Source: Nemertoderma westbladi (taxonomy: Eukaryota; Animalia; Xenacoelomorpha). Taken from it: 41,443 nt of DNA. Made by a program: the position numbers and the translations under genes. The DNA lies in contig JAUCBJ010006533.1 of assembly GCA_032718475.1 (NCBI GenBank), forward strand, positions 1 to 41,443, in the 5' to 3' direction. The notes below the pieces were generated by a model, which was given only the letters and a program-made list of their open reading frames with translations, did no database searches and was not told the DNA's origin. Below are positions 24,501 through 37,940 of the stretch, piece by piece. Numbering within the stretch: the first letter of the stretch is position 1; the number at the start of each line of letters is the position of its first letter.

Positions 24501-27500
24501 GTCTACCTACCTACCTAACCGATGTCTACCTATCTACCTAACCGAAGTCTATCTACCTACTTAACCAAGGTCTACCATCTACCTAACCGAAGTCTACCTA
24601 CCCACTTAACCAAGGTCTACCTATCTACCTAACCGAAGTCTACCTACCCACTTAACCAAGGTCTACCTACCTACCTAACCGAGGTCTACCATCTACCTAA
24701 CCGAGGTCTACCTACCTACCTACTTAACCAAGGTCTACCTACCTACCTAACCGAGGTCTACCTACCTACCTAACCGATGTCTACCTATCTACCTAACCGA
24801 AGTCTATCTACCTACTTAACCAAGGTCTACCTACCTACCTAACCGAGGTCTACCATCTACCTAACCGAGGTCTACCTACCTACCTACCTAACCGAGGTCT
24901 ACCTACCTACCTAACCGAGGTCTACCTACCTACCTAACCGATGTCTACCTATCTACCTAACCGAAGTCTATCTACCTACTTAACCAAGGTCTACCTACCT
25001 ACCTAACCGAGGTCTACCATCTACCTAACCGAGGTCTACCTATCTACCTAACCGAAGTCTACCTACCCACTTAACCAAGGTCTACCTACCTACCTAACCG
25101 AGGTCTACCATCTACATAACCGAGGTCTACCTACCTACCTACCTAACCGAGGTCTACCTACCTACCTAACCAAGGTCTACCTACCTACCTAACCGATGTC
25201 TACCTATCTACCTAACCAAGGTCTACCTACCTACCTAACCGATGTCTACCTATCTACCTAACCAAGGTCTACCTACCTACCTAACCGATGTCTACCTATC
25301 TACCTAACCAAGGTCTACCTACCTACCTAACCGATGTCTACCTATCTACCTAACCAAGGTCTACCTACCTACCTAACCGATGTCTACCTATCTACCTAAC
25401 CAAGGTCTACCTACCTACCTAACCAAGGTCTACCTACCTACCTAACCGATGTCTACCTACCTACCTAACCGATGTCTACCTATCTACCTAACCAAGGTCT
25501 ACCTACCTACCTAACCGATGTCTACCTATCTACCTAACCAAGGTCTACCTACCTACCTAACCGATGGCTACCTATCTACCTAACCAAGGTCTACCTACCT
25601 ACCTAACCGAGGTCTACCTACCTACCTAACCGATGTCTACCTATCTACCTAACCAAGGTCTACCTACCTACCTAACCGATGTCTACCTACCTACCTAACC
25701 GATGTCTACCTATCTACCTAACCAAGGTCTACCTACCTACCTAACCAAGGTCTACCTACCTACCTAACCAAGGTCTACCTACCTACCTAACCAAGGTCTA
25801 CCTACCTACCTAACCAAGGTCTACCTACCTACCTAACCGGTGTCTACCTACCTACCTAACCGAAGTCTATCTACCTACCTAACCGAGGTCTACCTACCTA
25901 CCTAACCGATGTCTACCTACCTACCTAACCGAAGTCTATCTACCTACCAAACCGAGGTCTACCTACCTACCTAACCGGTGTCTACCTACCTACCTAACCG
26001 AAGTCTACCTACCTACCTAACCGAGGTCTACCTACCTACCTAACCAAGGTCTACCTACCTACCTAACCGATGTCTACCTATCTACCTAACCAAGGTCTAC
26101 CTACCTACCTAACCGATGTCTACCTACCTACCTAACCGAAGTCTATCTACCTACCTAACTGAGGTCTACCATCTTCCTAACCGATGTCTACCTACCTACC
26201 TAACCGATGTCTACCTATCTACCTAACCAAGGTCTACCTACCTACCTAAACAAGGTCTACCTACCTACCTAACCGAAGTCTATCTACCTACCTAACTGAG
26301 GTCTACCATCTTCCTAACCGATGTCTACCTACCTACCTAACCAAGGTCTACCTACCTACCTAACCGAGGTCTACCTACCTACCTACCTACCTAACCGATG
26401 TCTACCTACCTACCTAACCGAAGTCTATCTACCTACCTAACTGAGGTCTACCATCTTCCAAACCGATGTCTACCTACCTACCTAACCGATGTCTACCTAT
26501 CTACCTAACCAAGGTCTACCTACCTACCTAACCAAGGTCTACCTACCTACCTAACCGAGGTCTACCATCTACCTAACCGAGGTCTACCAATCTACCTAAC
26601 CGAGGTCTACCTACCTACCTAACCAAGGTCTACCTACCTAACCAAGGTCTACCTACCTACCTAACCAAGGTCTACCTACCTACCTAACCGATGTCTACCT
26701 ACCTACCTAACCGATGTCTACCTACCTACCTAACCGAGGTCTACCTACCTACCTAACCGAAGTCTATCTACCTACCTAACCAAGGTCTACCTACCTAACC
26801 AAGGTCTACCTACCTACCTAACCAAGGTCTACCTACCTACCTAACCAAGGTCTACCTACCTAACCAAGGTCTACCTACCTACCTAACCAAGGTCTACCTA
26901 CCTACCTAACCAAGGTATACCTACCTACCTAACCGATGTCTACCTACCTACCTAACCGAAGTCTATCTACCTACCTAACCGAGGTCTACCATCTACCTAA
27001 CCGAGGTCTACCTACCTACCTAACCAAGGTCTACCTACCTAACCAAGGTCTACCTACCTACCTAACCAAGGTCTACCTACCTACCTAACCAAGGTATACC
27101 TACCTACCTAACCGATGTCTACCTACCTACCTAACCGAAGTCTATCTACCTACCTAACCGAGGTCTACCATCTACCTAACCAAGGTCTACCTACCTACCT
27201 AACCAAGGTCTACCTACCTACCTAACCAAGGTCTACCTACCTAACCAAGGTCTACCTACCTACCTAACCAAGGTCTACCTACCTACCTAACCGATGTCTA
27301 CCTACCTACCTAACCGAGGTCTACCTACCTACCTAACCGAAGTCTATCTACCTACCTAACCAAGGTCTACCTAACTACCTAACCAAGGTCTACCTACCTA
27401 CCTAACCGAGGTCTACCTACCTACCTAACCGAGGTCTACCATCTACCTAACCGATGTCTACCTACCTACCTAACCAAGGTCTACCTACCTACCTATCTAC

Positions 27501-30170
27501 CTAACCAAGGCCTACCTACCTACCTACCTAACCAAGGCCTACCTACCTACCTACCTACCTAACCAAGGCCTACCTACCTACCTACCTACCTAACCAAGGC
27601 CTACCTACCTACCTAACCGAGGTCTACCTACCTACCTAACCGAGGTCTACTTACCTAACTGAGGTCTACCTACCTACCTACCTAACCAAGGTATACCTAC
27701 CTACCTAACCGATGTCTACCTACCTACCTAACCGAAGTCTATCTACCTACCTAACCGAGGTCTACCATCTACCTAACCAAGGTCTACCTACCTACCTAAC
27801 CAAGGTCTACCTACCTACCTAACCAAGGTCTACCTACCTAACCAAGGTCTACCTACCTACCTAACCAAGGTCTACCTACCTACCTAACCGATGTCTACCT
27901 ACCTACCTAACCGAGGTCTACCTACCTACCTAACCGAAGTCTATCTACCTACCTAACCAAGGTCTACCTAACTACCTAACCAAGGTCTACCTACCTACCT
28001 AACCGAGGTCTACCTACCTACCTAACCGAGGTCTACCATCTACCTAACCGATGTCTACCTACCTACCTAACCAAGGTCTACCTACCTACCTTACCGAGGT
28101 CTACCTACCTACCTAACCGAGGTCTACCAATCTACCTAACCGAGGTCTATCTATCTACCTAACCAAGGTCTACCTACCTACCTATCTACCTAACCAAGGC
28201 CTACCTACCTACCTACCTAACCAAGGCCTACCTACCTACCTACCTACCTAACCAAGGCCTACCTACCTACCTACCTACCTAACCAAGGCCTACCTACCTA
28301 CCTAACCGAGGTCTACCTACCTACCTAACCGAGGTCTACTTACCTAACTGAGGTCTACCTACCTACCTACCTAACCAAGGTCTACCTACCTACCTAACCA
28401 AGGTCTACCTACCTACCTAACCGATGTCTACCTACCTACCTAACCGAAGTCTATCTACCTACCTAACTGAGGTCTACCATCTTCCTAACCGATGTCTACC
28501 TACCTACCTAACCGATGTCTACCTATCTACCTAACCAAGGTCTACCTACCTACCTAACCGATGTCTACCTATCTACCTAACCAAGGACTACCTACCTACC
28601 TAACCGAGGTCTACCTATCTACCTAACCGAGGTCTACTTACCTAACTGAGGTCTACCTACCTACCTATCCGAGGTCTACTTACCTAACCAAGGTCTACCT
28701 ACCTACCTAACCAAGGTCTACCTACCTACCTAACCGAAGTCTACCTATCTACCTAACCAAGGACTACCTACCTACCTAACCGAGGTCTACCTATCTACCT
28801 AACCGAGGTCTACTTACCTAACTGAGGTCTACCTATCTACCTAACCGAGGTCTACTTACCTAACCAAGGTCTACCTACCTACCTAACCAAGGTCTACCTA
28901 CCTACCTAACCGAAGTCTATCTACCTACCTAACTGAGGTCTACCATCTTCCTAACCGATGTCTACCTACCTACCTAACCGATGTCTACCTATCTACCTAA
29001 CCAAGGTCTACCTACCTACCTAACCAAGGTCTACCTACCTACCTACCTACCTAACCAAGGTCTACCTACCTACCTAACCAAGGTCTACCTACCTACCTAA
29101 CCGATGTCTACCTACCTACCTAACCGATGTCTACCTATCTACCTAACCAAGGTCTACCTATCTACCTAACCAAGGTCTACCTACCTACCTAACCGATGTC
29201 TACCTATCTACCTAACCAAGGTCTACCTACCTACCTAACCAAGGTCTACCTACCTACCTAACCGAGGTCTACCTACCTACCTAACCGAGTTCTACCATCT
29301 ACCTAACCGAGGTCTACCTACCTACCTAACCGAGGTCTACCTACCTACCTAACCGAGGTCTATCTACCTACCTAACCGAAGTCTATCTACCTACCTAACC
29401 GAAGTCTATCTACCTACCTAACCAAGGTCTACCTACCTACCTAACCAAGGTCTACCTAACCTACCTAACCGAGGTCTACCTACCTACCTAACCGAGGTCT
29501 ACCAATCTACCTAACCGAGGTCTACCTATCTACCTAACCAAGGTCTACCTACCTACCTAACCGAGGTCTACCAATCTACCTAACCGAGGTCTACCTACCT
29601 ACCTAACCAAGGTCTACCTACCTAACCGAGGTCTATCTACCTACCTAACGAGGTCTACCTACCTACCTAACCAAGGTCTACCTACCTACCTAACCGATGT
29701 CTACCTACCTACCTAACCGAAGTCTATCTACCTACCTAACTGAGGTCTACCATCTTCCTAACCGATGTCTACCTACCTACCTAACCGATGTCTACCTATC
29801 TACCTAACCAAGGTCTACCTACCTACCTAACCAAGGTCTACCTACCTACCTAACCGAGGTCTACCTACCTACCTAACCGAAGTCTACCATCTACCTAACC
29901 GATGTCTACCTACCTACCTAACCAAGGTCTACCTACCTACCTAACCGAGGTCTACCTACCTACCTAACCAAGGTCTACCTACCTACCTAACCGAGGTCTA
30001 CCTACCTACCTAACCAAGGTCTACCTACCTACCTAACCGAGGTCTACCTACCTACCTAACCGAAGTCTACCATCTACCTAACCGAGGTCTACCTACCTAC
30101 CTAACCGAGGTCTACCTACCTACCTAACCGATGTCTACCTACCTACCTAACCGACGTCTACCTAACCTAA
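21567..30170. repeat. Intronic satellite, ~8.6 kb, 23-bp modal unit GTCTACCTACCTACCTAACCGAG (variants GAG/AAG/GAT/GAA, +/- CTAC), roughly 370 units
   Basis: Directly visible; compound (CTAC)n plus AACCGAGGT structure with higher-order blocks. Confidence 0.98.
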
Positions 30171-30220
30171 TTCTATGTGATTTTTTTTTATTATGACATT
30201 TATTTATGTTATTTATCCAG

Positions 30221-30408
30221 ATTCCAACGGAGTTATTAAAGAATATGTATTCCCACGAGGTTTGGATTTGGACAGACCGAAAAGGCAACGAACTTCCTTC
30301 ACAGCAGAACAACTATACATACTCGAGAAGGAATTCCGAAGAAACCAATACATGGTCGGGAAAGATAGGGGTCTATTAGCTGAGTCATTAGACCTCACTG
30401 AAACTCAG
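30221..30408 (+). CDS. vax: Vax homeobox protein, exon 2 (homeodomain helices 1-2 up to Q44)
   Basis: Acceptor TTATCCAG| at 30220, donor CAG|GTGAGA at 30408; encodes [59 protein letters not shown] and QYxVG are Vax hallmarks. Confidence 0.93.
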
Positions 30409-33400
30409 GTGAGAATGAAAACAATCATAGATTCATTCATCGACCATAATTTAATTCACAAAAAGTCAAATATTAGATAGTCAACTCTGATAAAATGCTA
30501 TGCGAGATGATGCGAGACTTGTCGAATGATTGGAATGTACATAGCAGTCCAGTAAGCGTAACGTCTTTACACAATAGTTGCCATTCAATTTGTCACGGAA
30601 GCTTTTTGTTAACTTTCCAAGGTGACGTTAAGTCCCTCAAGGTTTCCCTACATGAGATTTGCCCCCCTAATGTCATCAAAGTTTATCATCAAATGATTCT
30701 TAGATTGTTAGCTGTTCTAATTAGTTTACATAGAATATTATAGCAGGGTGGGTTGGCAGCCATCACACAGCGATCTAAACTGTCAGTTCTACCAATGGTT
30801 TACTCACTCACAATAAAATAATCCATAACTATAGGAACTGTTCAACCTTTCCTTGCATTCATTATATAACCTTCACTGTTCGATACTAATTCATTGTCTC
30901 GTTTGATTAGATTATCACCAAACACACATTCCCGGCCCACCGTTAATGTAGGGCAGGGGTGTATTCAATATTTCATTAGAATGTTAAGTAAAACCAGGTA
31001 ATTAATTTCTTTACTATATAAGGAATTAATTTGACATAGAGTTTATAAAGGAACTAATCACTAAAATAATTCAAATATGTCGCCATTCGACTTTATTTAC
31101 CGCAAGAATCGCATGGCTATTGGTATCAATTATCAACATTTCCTTCATCTATCATCCATCCATCATCTACACCCCAAAGAAACTTGATAGTAAAGGGATA
31201 ACACTTGTCCTTTTTATCAGAAAGACGACACAATCCTGTAACGTAGATTTACCCTGAGTTCCATCCCATCACCTAATTATTTTCTACTCATTAGAGATGC
31301 TAATTCCAGTCAAGAGACAACCGACTGTACTAGGCAACAGGTGGTCTTTTGTATGCTGAGTATTGCGTTAACGTGTGCTGGATAGGGAGTGAGTCGCTTT
31401 GGGGCAGTTTTATTGCTAAACCTGGATCGGTAAATGGGCCTAATTATATGATAATGCAACCTAACTGCACATATGTTGTTTGAAATTTATTATCACCAGA
31501 CAATTTCCTCGCTCTATACTTTGAATGGGATAAGTTGTTTTATAATATTGACTCGTGTCTCTCATCGTCACTGTCACATCATGCATTCTTCCAAATTAAT
31601 TCACTTAATGAGAAAAATGATTGGCTTATTTAGGACCATAAATATTATTTAATATAAAACGTTTAGGAACGTTGAATATTTCTTCAAGGTTTGATTAGCA
31701 AGTCATATCCTTTAATAAAGAATCATTATCACAAGAGGAAGTAATAATTTTGATATAATAATATATGGACCATGCAAGAGATGCAAACATATACAAGGCC
31801 TGATTAGGTGTTGTTTTAGGCTAATTTTGGTCCATAATAATAATGAGAACATGAGAACAACAGTTTTCCATAAATAAGATATTTAGACTATTTCGTAAGA
31901 TTCTCAGAAACATTCAGTGTTTGCCTTGAGGGCTAGCAACCGCTGAAGACTCCCTGTGGTTGATTTTCTTTGTAAAAATCAATGAAGGGACAACTTCTAC
32001 AGGTCAGACCTTGACAACTGTTTAGCTGTTGCTTATTGAATATCGTTAGTTAGTTTCCCGCCCCCTAATTGGGGGTGGTGTGTACTGCTGTACATGTATG
32101 TAGTGCCAAAGAATAAAGGCTACAGTGTCACTCACGGTCACCCTTGACCTCCATCCCAATAGAGTGATTGTCTCCTCTATCTGTCAATCAGTGCACATAG
32201 TCCGTGGTAACTAGGTCCCTGGGCCACACATACTCGGCCCACATACCTTGTTTACCCTTGTAGTTTAGCTACACAATAACTAAGGGGATTCGTGGGGTTG
32301 CCTTCAGTTCGGTTTCCAGTTCCCGGCCCCGGGACATTGGGGACAGGCCGCTGTTTGTCTGGTTGGGCCCCGTTTGGGCCCCTGCTTTACTTGTTGCTTC
32401 TGCTAAGAATTAAACCGCTTAAAAACAGTTTAACCAGCTAAGCGACTTGTGTAAATAACACAACTCGACAAACAGGGCCGGTTCACTAGAGGCGAATCTT
32501 TCTGAGGCTGTTGACGACAGTCGAGTGGAATGACAGTAAATTGTGAGTAGAATATACGGGACTCGGTTGCAATTAGATGATTGAAATGGTTTCTGATCTT
32601 ATTAAGTACAATTAATAATGATACATTTTCTAATTATCTGCGGTTTAACTTATATTGATTTAAACTATTATTTGAAATTTTTTAAATATCGATGCGTTCC
32701 CATAGAATTGCCGTGATAAATGACTGTCTTAGTCGTTTTTTAAAGGCACCGGGGGGGGGGGGAATCTAATGAGGTATATCCCATTAAATTTTAATTATAA
32801 ATTAAGGGAAAGGTGTTGGGGGCTCTTCTAACCAAAACAATAATCGGAAGTGATGAACACTGGTTGCAAATTAATATTTGCTGCTATGGTAATATTGGCG
32901 TTGAATATTCCCTGGAGGGGTGAGGCGCTTTAATTTGTTAATTGTTTTAATAAAGGCCGGGATTTTTTTGGACACTTTCCGAAATTGTGGACACTTGTGA
33001 ACCCTTTGTCCTGTTTGACCATGTGGCTTGATACGTATCCAGAGCCTTAATCCCTTCTGCTACCAGACGTGGCGTCTCATATATAAATGTCTGTTTCGGA
33101 GCTTCTTGTCTCGAATCGATCATCCCTTTTAAGCCATCTCTCTCTCTCTGCAGTATCTGCATTATTTATATCAATTTATATCAACTTCCATGTATTGCGA
33201 ATTTGAAGAATGCAGATACAAACAAATAGATCCAATATACCACAAGACCAATAAACTACTATTATATCCAATACCCGTCACTTATGTTACAATATAAACA
33301 AAATAGCATTTAATACCCAATTATAGTTCATTACTAAATCCTCCGCCTTGATTTATTAATTATTACTTTGATCAGAACAAAATATTATGGTTTTTATTAC

Positions 33401-33584
33401 GCACCGAGCTACATGCTACAAGCGGCAGATTCCCAAGCCATGTGGCAGATTCAACGTATTTATGTTTCTTTGTATCGTTTTAAACCCGGACTTATTACGG
33501 CAATATTGTACGTTAAAAAATAATCTGAATGCATTTTTTGTAATAAATAATATAATATTGATAATATTTTTTATCTTCCTACAG

Positions 33585-33872
33585 GTAAAAGTTTGGTTTC
33601 AAAATCGCCGCACGAAGTACAAACGCGAGAAGACACGTCACGAGGAATACCACCAGGTGAACGCCGAGAGTCTGGCGGCCTGTAACATCCTAAAGATGCT
33701 GGAGTTGCCACCGCCGCCAGTGGCGTTGATTCCTCCAACAGGGGCCCCTCAAGCCGCTGCGAGCGGAATATCGCCGCTAGGTGGCGCAATCAGTTGCTCC
33801 CCCCCTCGGGCCGCCGACCACTACTCCAAGCCAATAGCAGCTGGCGCCGCCGCTAATATGTTCCCACGGTAA
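33585..33872 (+). CDS. vax: Vax homeobox protein, exon 3 (helix 3 and C-terminus)
   Basis: Acceptor TCTTCCTACAG|, phase 0; VKVWFQNRRTKYKRE followed by AESLAACNILKML (cf. vertebrate Vax1 SETAATCSVLRLL); TAA at 33870-33872. Exons total 937+188+288=1413 nt = 470 aa plus stop. Confidence 0.93.
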   Translation, partial: VKVWFQNRRTKYKREKTRHEEYHQVNAESLAACNILKMLELPPPPVALIPPTGAPQAAASGISPLGGAISCSPPRAADHYSKPIAAGAAANMFPR

Positions 33873-35054
33873 CCAGTAAACCAGTTGGTTTATGTCAATG
33901 TCATACACGAATCATTGTTGCAATAGTGTGCTAATAGACGATATTCTAATAGACGATATACTAAACTAACTACATTTATTATAACTGGTGGATGATATGT
34001 TATTAATTGTGATAATTCCATACGAGATGAACAAAAAATAATCCGACAACCAATGTGACTGTAGACATAAAATAACACGGTAACGAAAAATTAAAATCAC
34101 ATTTATATGTATATAGTGCTGTCAGTATATTGTAAATATTTTACAAAAGATTTTAGTTTTACTTTCACTTTTGGCTGCCGGATTACAGTTGTCCATTAAA
34201 CCAATTGGTTACCGGTACACAATACATCAGTTATAAGTTTATTAATATTTACGGTAAGCTTTAGGCCTGCGCTTTGTGTATTTACCTCTGTATTGTAGTT
34301 ATTTCTACAGATTTAGGATATTCAATAATTATTATCGGTATAGAAATAATTGTCTTAATTATAACTTATATAAGTAATTGTATAGAAACTGTTTAATAAG
34401 AAACATTTTTTATTTACAACTAAAAACCCTTGGCTCCAAGGCGAATTATCTAAGATATCTACTTTACATAACTGGAAACAGAGTTGCCGTGTTGTAAAGT
34501 ACGAAATATAGCCGGACAAAAAATATTCCTTGACAACGGAATTTAGACTACCACTACCGGTACAGGTTTAAATAAAACATAAACAAAAACATCAAGGTGA
34601 TGCTGTGATCCACTACACTACCGGTACAATGGCTTAGGAAGGGTGAAAAGTCAGATTTACAGTACGGGATGAATCGCTTGTTTGTTTGCTATCTAATAAA
34701 TATTACTTTATGACCCTAAATTTATCTTTATTTAACCGGCTGTATTTATTCAGGCATAAATTCCTAACAATCTTTGTCTGTCCTACTTATCTTCACTAAA
34801 CTGCAATGTATCCTGAAATACATAAAGTGTTACCTAATACAATGATACCGCAGCAGTGATACCGTGTCCAAGGAACAGAGCCGCTTCTAGCAGGGATCGA
34901 AAAAGGGCATTCCGGCCATTCCCTTTCGTTTTTGAAGCTCAGAAGAATGTCTCAGAGCGTCTCAGTTTATATAAATTATTGGTTACAGTTATACTATAGG
35001 AAGGGACTGCAGAAACATATTGAGAGTAACTAACCTACGAATGTAGGTAGTTCG

Positions 35055-35380
35055 AGGGGGAACGAACAGGGGGAACGAACAGGGGGAACGAACAGGGGGA
35101 ACGAACAGGGAGAACGAACAGGGGGAACGAACAGGGGGAACGAACAGGGGGAACGAACAGGGGGAACGAACAGGGAGAACGAACAGGGGGAACGAACAGG
35201 GGGAACGAACAGGGGGAACGAACAGGGGGAACGAACAGGGGGAACGAACAAGGGGAACGAACAGGGAGAACGAACAGGGGGAACGAACAGGGAGAAGGAA
35301 CAGGGGGAACGAACAGGGGGAACGAGCAGGGGGAACGAACAGGGGGAACGAACAGGGGGAACGAACAGGGGGAACGAACA
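35055..35380. repeat. Purine-rich minisatellite, 13-bp unit AGGGGGAACGAAC, ~25 copies
   Basis: Directly visible. Confidence 0.97.
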
Positions 35381-35660
35381 AGCTATAAATCAATAAGTAT
35401 TGTCATTGGGGTTGAAGTTTTGGTTGCGAATAGAATTAATAATATTATAATTTTATTTTAATTAACTATTTACCTCATTGCGTTTAATCTATAAGCTTAT
35501 GAGATTTCAATCCAATTCTGGTTTTTATTCAGGTTAACTGTGACTATATTATACCAGTAACAGCTGTAGCTCTTAGCTGGTCTAAATCTTGTCCCGATAA
35601 CGCAATGGAGTTTTATACAAATATTGAGACCCATTACGGTGAAACCTTATTTATATAAAC

Positions 35661-35958
35661 AAATCGATCTACAATATAATTGGCCCCTGTGAAGAATACC
35701 AAACTCTCTGCCGTTATATTTCACTTTGCAGTTACCCGTTATATGTGAAGAATACCAGGTTTTCACAAAAAACACAGGATACAGAAGGGCTGAATCTAAC
35801 CAAAACAATAAACGAATTAGTATGCTATAAAACACTTAATAAAGATAAATTAAAAAAAAAAAAAATCTTCATATAAAAAATTCGAATAGAAAGTCGACCG
35901 AAAAGTGAAATACTGGTATTCTTCACATGGGGCGGGCGATATAATTGATACATCGATT
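35661..35958. mobile_element. MITE-like element bounded by ~40-bp imperfect inverted repeats
   Basis: Left AATCGATCTACAATATAATTGGCCCCTGTGAAGAATACC; right GGTATTCTTCACATGGGGCGGGCGATATAATTGATACATCGATT; extra internal copy TGTGAAGAATACCAG at ~35744. No clear TSD identified. Confidence 0.55.
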
Positions 35959-36334
35959 CGCTCAGACTTTATTTCCTTTAGCACTGCGCGAAGTCTCCAA
36001 AAATTTGGCCAAAGGGGAGGGCGTTACGCTAACCCCTAGTATATATGTATATGATATACCCGCTGTTGGGGATCCTTGAATCTCACAAGGGGTTCTCCCC
36101 CCCCCCCCCCCCCCCCCCCCTCTACAAACAGTATGTAACTCCTGACTAAATCTCACTAAAAAAATGAATCTGAATCTCATTAATAAAAAATAATATAAAT
36201 TAATTTCTGTGATAATTAAATATAATCAAATTATTAACCATTAATAAAAATGATACCATCGGTATCGAGAAAACGCAGCAGGGAGAATTTTAACATTGAT
36301 TGAGGCTTAAACGTAATCATCTCGACACACGAGC

Positions 36335-37940
36335 TGCAACCTACTGAATGGGAGCCTCTTCTGCGGGTGCAATAGTGAAACCTACTGAATGGGAGCCTCT
36401 TCTGCGGGTGCAATAGTGCAACCTACTGAATGGGAGCCTCTTCTGCGGGTGCAATAGTGCAACCTACTGAATGGGAGCCTCTTCTGCGGGTGCAATAGTG
36501 CAACCTACTGAATGGGAGCCTCTTCTGCGAGTGCAATAGTGAAACCTACTGAATGGGAGCCTCTTCTGTGGGTGCAATAGTGCAACCTACTGAATGGGAG
36601 CCTCTTCTGCGGGTGCAATAGTGCAACCTACTGAATGGGAGCCTCTTCTGCGGGTGCAATAGTGCAACCTACTGAATGGGAGCCTCTTCTGCGGGTGCAA
36701 TAGTGCAACCTACTGAATGGGAGCCTCTTCTGCGGGTGCAATAGTGCAACCTACTGAATGGGAGCCTCTTCTGCGGGTGCAATAGTGAAACCTACTGAAT
36801 GGGAGCCTCTTCTGCGGGTGCAATAGTGCAACCTACAGAATGGGAGCCTCTTCTGCGGGTGCAATAGTGCAACCTACTGAATGGGAGCCTCTTCTGCGGG
36901 TGCAATAGTGCAACCTACTGAATGGGAGCCTCTTCTGCGGGTGCAATAGTGAAACCTACTGAATGGGAGCCTCTTCTGCGGGTGCAATAGTGCAACCTAC
37001 TGAATGGGAGCCTCTTCTGCGGGTGCAATAGTGCAACCTACTGAATGGGAGCCTCTTCTGCGACTACAATAGTGCAACCTACTGAATGGGAGCCTCTTCT
37101 GCGAGTGCAATAGTGCAACCTACCGAATGGAGAGCCTCTTCTGAGGGTGCAATAGTGAAACCTACTGAATGGGAGCCTCTTCTGCGGGTGCAATAGTGCC
37201 ACCTACCGAATGGGAGCCACTTCTGCGGGTGCAATAGTGCAACCTACTGAATGGGAGCCTCTTCTGCGACTACAATAGTGCAACCTACTGAATGGGAGCC
37301 TCTTCTGCGAGTGCAATAGTGCAACCTACTGAATGGGAGCCTCTTCTGCGGGTGCAATAGTGAAACCTACCGAATGGGAGCCTCTTCTGCGAGTGCAATA
37401 GTGCAACCTACCGAATGGGAGCCTCTTCTGCGAGTGCAATAGTGCAACCTACCGAATGGAGAGCCTCTTCTGCGGGTGCAATAGTGCAACCTACTGAATG
37501 GGAGCCTCTTCTGCGACTACAATAGTGCAACCTACTGAATGGGAGCCTCTTCTGCGAGTGCAATAGTGCAACCTACTGAATGGGGAGCCTCTTCTGCGGG
37601 TGCAATAGTGAAACCTACTGAATGGGAGCCTCTTCTGCGGGTGCAATAGTGCAACCTACTGAATGGGGAGCCTCTTCTGCGAGTGCAATAGTGCAACCTA
37701 CTGAATGGGAGCCTCTTCTGCGACTACAATAGTGCAACCTACTGAATGGGAGCCTCTTCTGCGAGTGCAATAGTGCAACCTACTGAATGGGAGCCTCTTC
37801 TGCGGGTGCAATAGTGCAACCTACTGAATGGGGAGCCTCTTCTGCGACTACAATAGTGCAACCTACTGAATGGGAGCCTCTTCTGCGAGTGCAATAGTGC
37901 AACCTACCGAATGGAGAGCCTCTTCTGCGAGTGCAATAGT
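36335..37940. repeat. Minisatellite, 41-bp unit CAACCTACTGAATGGGAGCCTCTTCTGCGGGTGCAATAGTG, ~39 copies
   Basis: Directly visible; the 3' half carries more variants (GACTACAAT, GAGTG, +1 insertions). Confidence 0.98.

Noticed and set aside
30495-30800. 82-aa ORF and possible antisense RTE remnant in Vax intron 2
   Set aside because: Too degenerate to assign by eye.
33387-33584. In-frame upstream extension of the exon 3 ORF as an alternative N-terminus
   Set aside because: AT-rich intronic sequence ending in a clear pyrimidine tract and AG; it would truncate the homeodomain.
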